A stretch of DNA of 64,000 nucleotides from an uncultured Lentisphaerales bacterium. Its GTDB lineage: Bacteria; Verrucomicrobiota; Kiritimatiellia; RFP12; CAZZCT01. The notes under the pieces were generated by a model. That model was not told where the DNA came from, made no database searches, and worked only from the letters and a program-made list of their open reading frames with translations. Shown piece by piece: positions 36,382-44,979 of the stretch (positions within the stretch are counted from its first letter, which is position 1; every line of letters begins with the position of its first letter). Both the position numbers and the translations under genes were made by a program. Location of the stretch: assembly GCA_964652365.1 (NCBI GenBank), contig CAZZCT010000001.1:1593-65592 (forward strand). Reading direction: 5' to 3'.

Positions 36382-36438
36382 ACGTGGCACGGGCTTCCAG
36401 CCCCGTAGCCGGCGACGGGCTGGAAGCCCGTGCCACGT
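36382..36438. terminator. 57-nt near-perfect palindrome (22 bp + bulge + 2 bp stem, 8-nt loop), REP-like or terminator
   Basis: ACGTGGCACGGGCTTCCAGCCCCGT-AGCCGGCG-ACGGGCTGGAAGCCCGTGCCACGT. Lies 24 nt downstream of the PA14 gene stop (36462) and upstream of the SGNH gene. Confidence 0.5.
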
Positions 36439-36461
36439 CGGTGGGCGCCAGCCTCTCCCTG

Positions 36462-39400
36462 CTACCGCACCGCCAGAACCGTACCGGCGCTCGCCGGCCG
36501 CAAGCTCGCCACGCGCAGCACCACGTCGTTGCCGGTGCCGCCAGCCAGACTGCTGTTGTAAAGGATGTCGAAGGTAACCTTGCGGTTGCCGTAGACCGCC
36601 TCCACGCTGTCCTGCTGCGAGAACTTTCCGCTGATCGCGGTCGTGCTGCCAACCGTCAGAATCAGGAAGGTGTCGCCGACGGCGGGTTCGAATGCCAGCA
36701 CCGGCACCAGGGAGGTGCCGCTCAGCGACAGCGTCGACTCGCTGGCGCCGTTGCTGGACTTGTAGAGCGCGAGTCGATCGTAGTCGCTGCGCCCGCACAG
36801 GTCGATCTCGAGTGTGCCTCCCTGCAGCTTGACATACTCGAAACCGCCAAACGTGAACGTGCCGGGCCGACCGGCCATGCCGGGCCGCACGGCGCCCCCG
36901 TCAAGCAGCTTCAGCGTCTGGTACTCGGTCGCGCCGCCATTGCCGCCAATGTTGATGCGTTTGCCGCCGGCGTTCCAAGCGGCCTCGATCATGCCAAAAC
37001 CGGCCGCCGACGCCACGGTCAGGTGGTCGTTCACCCACGGCAGAGCCTTGGCGCCGGCAGCCACAAACAGCGCATTGTTGTTGTTGCCAAGGGCGTAGCG
37101 GTGCTGCAGATAGACATTGCCGGCGTTCACGGCGACGAGCCCCGTCAACTGCCGGTTGTCACCGGACAGAGTGACGTTCTCGTTCGCACCGCCGCCATGC
37201 ACCACGGTCAGCCCGTGCGAACCGACCATCGCACTGCTGATGGTGAAGCCCGACCAGTCGCCCCACCCCATCAGGAAGCCCTCGGCGCTGCCGAAATCGA
37301 GCGTCGGCACACTCAGGGTGACCGAGATCGCGTTCACGGCTCCGGACGGACTGGCCAGCACCAGTCCGCTCTTAACGGTCAGCACCGTGCCGGCCGGAGC
37401 CGTCAGCGTCACGGTCCGGTTGCCGCTCGACTTGTCCGAGTCGAAGAAGAGCGAGTTAATGCTTGTATTGCCGGCCAGGGTCAGCACGGCGGGGTCGGGT
37501 GTTTCGGTCGCGTGCACGACGCTCCAGGGCAGGCGCACGTTGTCGTTGCCGTCGGCGTTGACCTCCGGAAAGGCGACCGCCGTCGCCAGCACGAAATCGG
37601 TCGCGCGGTCCAGCGGCGTGAGCCCGCTGGTTGGGTCGTAGCGCAGGAAGGTGCTGGGTCGGCCGTTGTAGTTCGCGGAGGCCACGCTCACGAGGCACGG
37701 CGCAATCGCCTTGTCGGTGCCGCGCGTGTTGGCGCCGCCGATCTGCACGAGGCTCGCCCCGCCGTCGCCGAACTGGACGTTGCTGCCGGCTCCCGTGTTG
37801 TAGTTCTGCTCGTTGCAGTAGTCGATGTTCCAGGACGCCACGGTGGCCGTACCGCCGTTGGCGCGCACGAACGACCCCGGCAACAGCGTGGCGGTACCCG
37901 TGCCGCCGCCAGCATTGACCTGGATGGCCGCGTGTCCATCGTCTAGGCGCAGCGTGCCAATGCGTTCGACCGTCGCGGTATTGTCCTTGCCCACCAGTGC
38001 GAGCAGGCCGCGTTCGACCGCCACGGTGGCGGCATTGGGCAGACGCCCGAAAGTCGACGTTCCATCGTCCGGCTTGTCGGCGTCGGTCCAACCCAGACGC
38101 AGCAAGCCCGACGTCATGCGAATGTCCAGGGCCGCGGTCACTGCCCCACTTGAGTCGATGCGGGTGTTGCCGTCGGCGATGAATGGGCCGGTGAAGTCGT
38201 TGTTCGCGTTGCGCAAGAACCAGGTTCCCGAGTCCTGCGAGCCGCGCCCCATCATCACGCGCACGCGCGAGCCGGTCAGCCGGCCATTGGCGTAGGAGCT
38301 GTTGGCTGCCGTAGAGTCGAGCGTCAGGGTGTATGTCGCGCCGTCGGCGGTGCCGCCCAGCACCAGGTCGCGCCCGTTGGGCCAGCCTGTCTGGTTGATC
38401 ACGGTGGCGTTGGCTGTCAGCGTCACCCCGCTGTTGATGGTGGGGTTACCCGCGGCCCCGGCGACGACGGTGATTCCGCCGGCGCCCAGCGACAGGGTGC
38501 TGCCGCTAATCGTGAACCCGGCCGCATTGGGCGCGAAGATGACGCCGCGCACGGCCTGGTTGCCGTTCAGGTTGCAGGTGCCGCTACCGATGTTCGTGTA
38601 GACGGCCGTGTCAAGGGCCTGGGGGTAGATGCCGTACTCGGGCAGCCACTTGCTGCTGTCGTTCCAGTTGTTGCCACTGGCGCCGCGCCAGATCAACGTC
38701 TCGGAACTGGTGCTGGCCGTGGTGAAGGAAGCAGGCGTGGCCGACCACGCGACCCCGTAGTCGTTGGAGGCGAACGTACGGTAGTAGTAAGTCGTGCTGA
38801 GCGTCAGACCGCCCGCGTTGACCGTGAAGCTGCCCTCGAGTTGTGAACCGAAATCGTAGCTCTGCGTCCAAACCCCGTCGGTCGTGCCCAGATAGATCCG
38901 GCAGTAGGCGCGGCTGCCACCGGTCAAGCGGCCGTTCAAGAGCGCCCGCACGCCGCCGATACCGGTCGCGCCGGAGGCGTTATCCACCACAGGCAGGGCG
39001 CCCAGCGTCTTGAACGTGGCGGCGGTATCGGACCAGGTGTTGTAGGCGTCGTTGGTTGCGAAGAAACGGTAGTAGTAGGTGGTGTTCGAGGCCAACCCGC
39101 TCACCGGGTGCGCGAAGGCGCCGGCGGCCTGTTCGCCGATGGACTCGACCGCGCCGTTGGCCTGCCAGGTGCCAAGCGCCTCGCCCCAGTCGTTGGTCGA
39201 CCAAACCGCCCAGACGTCGAAGTCGCTCTCCGTGAAGATCGACATGACGCCGTTGAGCGTGGCCGTTGTCTGTCCGACTGACGTGGCGGCCGCCGTGGCA
39301 ACATCGAACGGATACAGGTTGACGAAGAACCGGCCGTCCGCCGTATTGACCGCGCGGTAACTGGAGTCGCCCGGCAACTTGTAATTGGCGTACATTCCCT

Positions 39401-39875
39401 CCCCGCCCCCACCCTGATAGAAGGGGATGGCAATACGGTAGGCCTGCGCCGCCAGGGTCACGGTCCCGTCGCGGTAGTTGACGCCCTGGTATTCGTTGTT
39501 GTTGACGATGCGCTCGCTCGGCGAGTTGCCGGTTTCGAAGACGCCATCGCCGTCGAGATCAAGATAGACCAGCGAACCGTCGTCGGAGCCCGTCTGGAAG
39601 GTGTAGGTGCCTGCCGTCGGCGCCACGAACCAGCCGGTCCAGAGAACCGTGTAGTTCTCCGCCTGCGTGCCCAGGCTGGCGCTGGGATCGCCGAAACTGA
39701 TGGTGCCGGTGAAGGTGCGCGTAGACGTCGGCGTCAGTGCCAGCAGATTGGAGAGCGGGTCCACCAGCGCCTTCGAATGCTGGTTCGCATAGTATCGCAG
39801 GGTCAACCCCTGCTGGCCCATGGTTGTTGTTACAGCCAACAGACCCACCGCCAGTGTCGCAAGCAACTTCCTCAT
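36462..39875 (-). CDS. secreted PA14-domain / Ig-like / autotransporter-associated beta-strand-repeat adhesin-like protein, copy 1
   Basis: The ATG at 39875 (GAGGAGGA upstream) gives MRKLLATLAVGLLAVTTTMG. PA14 signature YTVLWTGWFVAPTAGTYTFQTGSDDGSLVYLD. Two modules end in TTYYYR. Long Gly/Thr/Asn/Ser-rich beta-strand repeats (LSLGAGGITV.., TLTAPAGTVLTVKSG..). Confidence 0.85.
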   Translation of the reverse strand: MRKLLATLAVGLLAVTTTMGQQGLTLRYYANQHSKALVDPLSNLLALTPTSTRTFTGTISFGDPSASLGTQAENYTVLWTGWFVAPTAGTYTFQTGSDDGSLVYLDLDGDGVFETGNSPSERIVNNNEYQGVNYRDGTVTLAAQAYRIAIPFYQGGGGEGMYANYKLPGDSSYRAVNTADGRFFVNLYPFDVATAAATSVGQTTATLNGVMSIFTESDFDVWAVWSTNDWGEALGTWQANGAVESIGEQAAGAFAHPVSGLASNTTYYYRFFATNDAYNTWSDTAATFKTLGALPVVDNASGATGIGGVRALLNGRLTGGSRAYCRIYLGTTDGVWTQSYDFGSQLEGSFTVNAGGLTLSTTYYYRTFASNDYGVAWSATPASFTTASTSSETLIWRGASGNNWNDSSKWLPEYGIYPQALDTAVYTNIGSGTCNLNGNQAVRGVIFAPNAAGFTISGSTLSLGAGGITVVAGAAGNPTINSGVTLTANATVINQTGWPNGRDLVLGGTADGATYTLTLDSTAANSSYANGRLTGSRVRVMMGRGSQDSGTWFLRNANNDFTGPFIADGNTRIDSSGAVTAALDIRMTSGLLRLGWTDADKPDDGTSTFGRLPNAATVAVERGLLALVGKDNTATVERIGTLRLDDGHAAIQVNAGGGTGTATLLPGSFVRANGGTATVASWNIDYCNEQNYNTGAGSNVQFGDGGASLVQIGGANTRGTDKAIAPCLVSVASANYNGRPSTFLRYDPTSGLTPLDRATDFVLATAVAFPEVNADGNDNVRLPWSVVHATETPDPAVLTLAGNTSINSLFFDSDKSSGNRTVTLTAPAGTVLTVKSGLVLASPSGAVNAISVTLSVPTLDFGSAEGFLMGWGDWSGFTISSAMVGSHGLTVVHGGGANENVTLSGDNRQLTGLVAVNAGNVYLQHRYALGNNNNALFVAAGAKALPWVNDHLTVASAAGFGMIEAAWNAGGKRINIGGNGGATEYQTLKLLDGGAVRPGMAGRPGTFTFGGFEYVKLQGGTLEIDLCGRSDYDRLALYKSSNGASESTLSLSGTSLVPVLAFEPAVGDTFLILTVGSTTAISGKFSQQDSVEAVYGNRKVTFDILYNSSLAGGTGNDVVLRVASLRPASAGTVLAVR

Positions 39876-39932
39876 GGCATCCTCCTCGTTCGCACCGTCC
39901 CCAACCACCCACACGCAACACGCAGAAACCGT

Positions 39933-39966
39933 GGCGCGTGACGTCGGCTTGCCGACGCCACGCGTC
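39933..39966 (-). terminator. GC-rich hairpin downstream of PA14 gene copy 2
   Basis: GGCGCGTGACGTCGGC-TT-GCCGACGCCACGCGTC pairs with one mismatch. Lies 28 nt after the stop at 39994 and upstream of the copy 1 promoter region. No U-tract. Confidence 0.35.
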
Positions 39967-39993
39967 CCCGCACGCCGCGGCAGCCGCAAAGGG

Positions 39994-42900
39994 CTACCGC
40001 ACCGCCACCACCGTGCCAGCACTCGCCGGCCGGATGCTCGCCACGCGCAGCACGACGTCGTTGCCCGTCCCGCCCGCAAGGCTGCTGTTGTAGAAAATGT
40101 CGAACGCGACCTTGCGGTTGCCGTAGACCGCCTCCACGCTGTCCTGCTGCGCAAACTTGCCGGTGATGCCCGTCGACCCGGCGACCGTCACGACCAGGTA
40201 CTGCTCGCCCAGCGTCGGCATCGCATGCAACACAGGCAGGATCGACGCCCCGTTGAGGGTCAATGCTGGCGTCCCCGTCAACGCCAGACGGTCGTAGTCG
40301 GTCGCCGCGAAGAGGTCCAGTTCGAGCGCACCGCCCGACAGTTTCACCGCGCTGAAATCCTGCACCGTAAGCGTCCCGGCACGCGTCGCGGTGCCCGGTT
40401 GTACAGCCCCGCCCGCGAGCAGTGTCAACGTGTTGGCCGCACCGCCGGTGCCCGCGCCGCCAACGTTGATGCTCGCGCTGCTATACCGACGGATCAGCGT
40501 GCCGAACCCTTTCAGCGTCTTCACGGTCACACTCTGGCCGCTGGTCACGCCCACATCATTGTAGAGCGTCCCATTCAAGAACAGGTCGTTCGCGCCGCTA
40601 CCCAGCGCCGTCACGCTGCTCTCGATCTTCGTCGGGCCGCCCCACGCGCCGGCGCCCGAGATCGTGATCTGCCCGGTCAGTCCGCTGTTGTCGCCCGCCA
40701 GCGAGACGTACGTGTCGCCCGATCCCCCCGCCGTGCAGTAGGTCGTCAGCCCGTTGTTGCCCGTGATCGCGCTGCTGATCTTGAACGTAACGTAGTCCCG
40801 TGCATAGCAGTTGATGACGCCTTCCGCCGACCCGAACGCCAGCGTCGGCACGCTGATCGTGGCCTTGGTTCCGCGCCCCGCGTTGTTGATGCCTCCCGAC
40901 GGCGTGCACATCAAGGCCCCGCTCTTGACGGTGAGCGTGCTGCCAGCCGGCCCGGTCAGCGTCACCAGCTTGTTGCCACCTGGGTCGGTCGTGTAGTTGC
41001 CGTCGAAGATCAGCGAGTTGATCGCCGTGTTGCCGGCCGCCACGCTCACCGTGGTGTCGGCCGAGGTCGGATGCACGGCCGTGTAGGGCAGCCGAACGTT
41101 GTCGTTGCCGTCAGCATCGACGGTCGGGAAATCCGTCGTACTGGCCCCCTGGACGAAGTCGCTGGCCGGGTTCATCTGGACCAACCCGTTGGCCGCGTCG
41201 TAGGTCACGAAGCTGTTCGGGTTACCCTCGTAGGTGCTGCCACTGGTGCGAGTGGTCAGATACGGCACGACCTTCTTGTTAGTCGTGCGGCTGCCATCGC
41301 CGCCAATCTGAGTCAGGCCAGCGCCACCGTCGGTCGGCTTCAAGTAGCTGCCGGCGCCGAGATTGTAGTCGCTGCTCATGGTCACGGCCACAGGACGGCT
41401 GGAGGCATCGCGCGTCAGCGCGGCCGGGATCAGGGTCGCCCGCTGAACGTCGATCCACGTGCGGCCGCCGATCAGTTGGATCTCGCCCAACCGCTCAACA
41501 GTGGCGGCGCTCTGACCCCGCATGTTCAGCCCCGCGCCCCACAGCAAAAGGTTCTGCGCGTTAGCGATGCGTCCAAAGGTCGTCGCGCCGTTATCCGAAA
41601 CCGTCGATCCGGTATCGCCCAACGTCAGCGTCGCCCCGGACGTGACGCGCACGTCGCCGGCCGTGAGCATCGTCCCGCCACTCATGAGCATGGCGTTGCC
41701 GCCGCCGACCGCGAACGCGCCCGTGAAGGCGTTGGCGGCCCTGAATGCCGCGGTACTTCCACCCGCGGTCCGAACCGCGCCCGCGCCGGCGATGGGCCCG
41801 TCGATGTACAACGCCCGGGCATCGCACTGCAGTGTCAGCGTGTAGCCGGCGTTATCGATCGCGCCATTGACGTACTTGTCGCGCTCGACCACGCTGTGCT
41901 GCCAGATGCTGGAGTCGGCCGTCAGTTCGACTGCGCTGTTGATGCGCGTATTCTGACCCCAGCGCCCGTAGAAGTGAATGCCGCCCGCCCCGAGTCTCAG
42001 CGTGTGGCCGGAAATGACATAGTCGGGAAGGTTATCGGCTACGACCTGGGCCGGGGTGCCGATGTCGAGCCGGTAAACGGCCTGGTTGCCGTTCAGGTTG
42101 ATGGTGCCGCCGGCCACATGATTCGAAAGCACGGCCGTGTCGTTCGCCTGCGGGTAGATCCCATAGTTCGGCAGCCACTTGGTGCTGTCGTTCCAGTTGT
42201 TGCCGCTGGCGCCGTTCCAGATCAGCGTCTCGGCGCTGGTGGCGGCCGTCGTGAAGGAGGCCGCCGTTGGGGACCAGGCCACGCCATAGTCGTTCGACGC
42301 AAACGTACGGTAGTAGTAAGTCGTATCGAGTGCCAGGCCGCCGGCATTGACGCTGAAAGCTCCTTCGAGTTGTGAACCGAAATCGTAGCCCTGCGTCCAG
42401 CCCCCGTCGGTCGTGCCCAGATAGATCCGGCAGTCGGCGCGGCTGCCGCCGGTCAGGCGGCCGTTCAAGAGTGCCCGCACGCCGCCGATACCGGTCGCAC
42501 CGGAGGCGTTGTCGACGGCCGGAATGGCGCCCAGCGTCTTGAACGAGGCGGCGGTGTCGGACCAGGCGCTGTGAGCGTCGTTGGTGGCGAAGAAGCGGTA
42601 GTAGTAGGTGGTGTTCGAGGCCAACCCGGTCACCGGATGCGCGAAGGCGCCAGCGGCCTGTTCGCCGATTGACTCAACTGCGCCGTTGGCCTGCCAGGCT
42701 GCAAACGCCTCGCCCCAGTCGTTGGTTGACCAAGCGGCCCAGACATCGAAGTCGCTCTCGTTGAAGATCGACATGACGCCGTTGAGCGTGGCCGCCGTCT
42801 GACCTACTGACGAGGCAGCCGCCGTGGCGATGTCGAACGGATAGACGTTGACAAAGAACCGCCCGTCCGCCGTATTGACCGTGCGGTAACTGGAGTCGCC

Positions 42901-43404
42901 CGGCAGCTTGTAGTTAGCGTACATTCCCTCCCCGCCCCCACCCTGATAGAAGGGGATGGCAATACGGTAGGCCTGCGCGGCCAAGGTCACGGTCCCATCG
43001 CGATAGTTGACGCCCTGGTAGAAGTTGTTGTTGACGATGCGTTCACTCGGCGAGTTGCCAGTTTCGAAGACACCGTCGCCATCCAGGTCTAGGTAGACCA
43101 GCGAACCGTCGTCAGAGCCGGTCTGGAAGGTGTAGGTGCCGGCCGTCGGCGCCACGAACCACCCCGTCCAGAGCACAGTGTAGTTCTCGGCCTGCGTGCC
43201 TAGGCTGGCGCTGGGATCACCGAAACTGATGGCGCCGGTAAAGGTCCGCGTGGACGTCGGCGTCAGTGCCAGCAGGTTCGAGATCGGGTCCACCAGCGCC
43301 GTCGAGTGCTGTCCCGCATAATACCGCAGAGTCAAGCCCTGCTGGCCCATGGTTGTTGTTACAGCCAACAGACCCACCGCCAGTGTCGCAAGCAACTTCC
43401 TCAT
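39994..43404 (-). CDS. secreted PA14-domain / Ig-like / beta-strand-repeat adhesin-like protein, copy 2
   Basis: Same signal peptide, SD and leader as copy 1. The first ~430 aa and last ~55 aa are nearly identical to copy 1, while the centre is divergent. Confidence 0.85.
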   Translation of the reverse strand: MRKLLATLAVGLLAVTTTMGQQGLTLRYYAGQHSTALVDPISNLLALTPTSTRTFTGAISFGDPSASLGTQAENYTVLWTGWFVAPTAGTYTFQTGSDDGSLVYLDLDGDGVFETGNSPSERIVNNNFYQGVNYRDGTVTLAAQAYRIAIPFYQGGGGEGMYANYKLPGDSSYRTVNTADGRFFVNVYPFDIATAAASSVGQTAATLNGVMSIFNESDFDVWAAWSTNDWGEAFAAWQANGAVESIGEQAAGAFAHPVTGLASNTTYYYRFFATNDAHSAWSDTAASFKTLGAIPAVDNASGATGIGGVRALLNGRLTGGSRADCRIYLGTTDGGWTQGYDFGSQLEGAFSVNAGGLALDTTYYYRTFASNDYGVAWSPTAASFTTAATSAETLIWNGASGNNWNDSTKWLPNYGIYPQANDTAVLSNHVAGGTINLNGNQAVYRLDIGTPAQVVADNLPDYVISGHTLRLGAGGIHFYGRWGQNTRINSAVELTADSSIWQHSVVERDKYVNGAIDNAGYTLTLQCDARALYIDGPIAGAGAVRTAGGSTAAFRAANAFTGAFAVGGGNAMLMSGGTMLTAGDVRVTSGATLTLGDTGSTVSDNGATTFGRIANAQNLLLWGAGLNMRGQSAATVERLGEIQLIGGRTWIDVQRATLIPAALTRDASSRPVAVTMSSDYNLGAGSYLKPTDGGAGLTQIGGDGSRTTNKKVVPYLTTRTSGSTYEGNPNSFVTYDAANGLVQMNPASDFVQGASTTDFPTVDADGNDNVRLPYTAVHPTSADTTVSVAAGNTAINSLIFDGNYTTDPGGNKLVTLTGPAGSTLTVKSGALMCTPSGGINNAGRGTKATISVPTLAFGSAEGVINCYARDYVTFKISSAITGNNGLTTYCTAGGSGDTYVSLAGDNSGLTGQITISGAGAWGGPTKIESSVTALGSGANDLFLNGTLYNDVGVTSGQSVTVKTLKGFGTLIRRYSSASINVGGAGTGGAANTLTLLAGGAVQPGTATRAGTLTVQDFSAVKLSGGALELDLFAATDYDRLALTGTPALTLNGASILPVLHAMPTLGEQYLVVTVAGSTGITGKFAQQDSVEAVYGNRKVAFDIFYNSSLAGGTGNDVVLRVASIRPASAGTVVAVR

Positions 43405-43507
43405 GGCATCCTCCTCGTTCGTATCGTTCCCAACCACCTACACACAGCACGCAGAATCCGTCCACTCCGCCTCGGACCGGCGCGGATCCACCCCCGGAGT
43501 CGCGCCC

Positions 43508-44614
43508 CTAGGCCGGCACCAATGCGGCGGCCGCCCGGCTCGCCACCCGCGGCGTCGCAGCGGTCGCGCCATCCACCAGTGGAACATCCACGTATTCGGG
43601 CGCCTCGGCGCCGCAGCGCTGCGCCTCCAGCGATTGGAGACAGGCCCGCAACACGTCGCGCACGTCGCATCCGATGCGATGGATGGGCATGGCCGACGGC
43701 GTGGCGTGAGGGAAATTGGCGTGCCCCACGACGCGTATATCCTGCGGTACGCGCAGGCCGGCATCGAGCAGTCCGGCCGTGGCATCGGGCACCAGGTTGT
43801 CATCCATGATCAACAGGCCATTGGGGCGGCGGGACGGCTCGCTCGCCATCAGCAGTTGCACGGCCGAACGGGTCCCGGCCGCGTCGCCTGCCAGCGCCGT
43901 CTGCACCCAGTACGAAGGCACCGCAACGCCACGCGACTGGAGCGCGTCGATAACCGCCTGCCGGACCAGCGGCACGGCCACGGCCGCGATGCGGCGCCGG
44001 CCCTGGGCCAGCAACCAGTCGACGGCCGCATCGAAGAAGCCGGCCGGTGTGTTCACGGCCTTGACGTTGGGCGGCATCGGCTCGGGCATGATGGCCACGC
44101 GCGGCATGTCCGGCGCCTCGAGTACGGGAGATCCCTGCAGGTAGAAGGGCTTGGTCGCGAAGATCAGCCCGGCCAGGCGGCGTTGCTGCACGTCGCTAAC
44201 CAGTTCCTGATAGGCTTCCACGTCCTGATGCGTCTCGTTGCCATAGCAGAACACCAAGTCGTGCCCAAGTTCGCGCGCCAGGGCCGACGCCTCGGCTGCC
44301 AGCGCGTGCCAGAACTGCGGCCACGGACGCTCGGGGCGGTCGCGATAGGGGAAGACGCACGCAAACCGGTTCAGGTGCGGGGGAAGCTCACTGACGAACG
44401 TGCCCTGCCAACCGCGCGTCACCACGAAGCCGTCGCGCGACAACTGGTCGAACACCCGCTGGACCGTCACCGGAGTGGTGGTGAACTCGCCCTCGAAATG
44501 GGAACGCGACGGCAGCCGCGTCCCGGGCGGCAGGCGGCCGTCGAGAATGCGCATCCGCAAGTCGGCCAACAGCCGCTTGCCGGGCGTCAGTTCCCTGGAG
44601 GGGGCAGAGTTCAT
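43508..44614 (-). CDS. GntR-type HTH regulator fused to a LacI/PBP1-like sugar-binding domain
   Basis: LADLRMRILDGRLPPGTRLPSRSHFEGEFTTTPVTVQRVFDQLSRDGFVVTRGWQGTFV is a GntR wHTH; the remainder resembles a periplasmic-binding-protein type 1 fold (GLIFATKP.., VVGHANFP). ATG at 44614 chosen (MNSAPSRELTPGKRLL). Confidence 0.8.
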   Translation of the reverse strand: MNSAPSRELTPGKRLLADLRMRILDGRLPPGTRLPSRSHFEGEFTTTPVTVQRVFDQLSRDGFVVTRGWQGTFVSELPPHLNRFACVFPYRDRPERPWPQFWHALAAEASALARELGHDLVFCYGNETHQDVEAYQELVSDVQQRRLAGLIFATKPFYLQGSPVLEAPDMPRVAIMPEPMPPNVKAVNTPAGFFDAAVDWLLAQGRRRIAAVAVPLVRQAVIDALQSRGVAVPSYWVQTALAGDAAGTRSAVQLLMASEPSRRPNGLLIMDDNLVPDATAGLLDAGLRVPQDIRVVGHANFPHATPSAMPIHRIGCDVRDVLRACLQSLEAQRCGAEAPEYVDVPLVDGATAATPRVASRAAAALVPA

Positions 44615-44615
44615 A

Positions 44616-44646
44616 CCAGTTACTATACACGCAACGTATAACATTC
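44616..44646 (-). promoter_or_regulatory. candidate autoregulatory operator/promoter: + strand CCAGTTACTATACACGCAACGTATAACATT
   Basis: Shares CCAGTYACTATACA-N6-GTATAWCAT with 34295..34325. In gene sense, TATAGT is followed by 7 nt and then the ATG. Confidence 0.4.
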
Positions 44647-44690
44647 CGGCCGCGGATGCAAGGGCGGTTTTCACCCCTCAAACTGCGAGA

Positions 44691-44720
44691 GTTGGAATGG
44701 TGGAATGCTGGAATCGTGGA
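44691..44720 (+). repeat. triple-hexamer repeat unit, TGGAATS type (GT-TGGAATG-G-TGGAATG-C-TGGAATC-GTGGA)
   Basis: Read directly. The inverted partner is at 44871..44901. Confidence 0.75.
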
Positions 44721-44870
44721 CGGCTGTGTGCTGAATCCTGCAACCCCACACGAAGTCGTGCACAGCAAGGCCCTCTGTGGGGGGACGCAGGCTGCTCGCG
44801 TTCCATCCATGCCATGGTGATGTTTGTTGAACAGCAAATCGCAGGCAATTGGACTGTCTGATGGGCCATT

Positions 44871-44901
44871 TCCCAACATTCCAGCATTCCAGTATTCCAT
44901 C
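44871..44901 (-). repeat. triple-hexamer repeat unit, TGGAATS type (inverted)
   Basis: Reverse complement GA-TGGAATA-C-TGGAATG-C-TGGAATG-TTGGGA. Lies 150 nt from its partner and ~80 nt upstream of the antitoxin ATG. Confidence 0.75.
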
Positions 44902-44941
44902 TCCCGCAATCCGGGGGTCACGCTGGCGTTGAAGGGCCTGC

Positions 44942-44970
44942 TTGACATGCCTGCACTGCCTTGCCATGAT
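44942..44970 (+). promoter_or_regulatory. candidate sigma-70-type promoter of the vapBC module
   Basis: TTGACA (44942..44947), 17-nt spacer, CATGAT (44965..44970). The ATG at 44980 is only ~9 nt downstream, which suggests a very short leader or none. Confidence 0.35.
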
Positions 44971-44979
44971 GCATGCGCA

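Noticed and set aside
36385-36401. TGGCACGGGCTTCCAG as a sigma-54 -24 element
   Set aside because: No TTGC at the -12 position. The sequence is simply one arm of the 57-nt palindrome.
36108-42375. Long + strand ORFs 36108..37946 (612 aa) and 39820..42375 (851 aa)
   Set aside because: Antisense to the two PA14 genes. Their Arg/Gly/Ala/Val-rich composition mirrors the Thr/Ala/Gly/Asn-rich real frame. There are no start-site signals.
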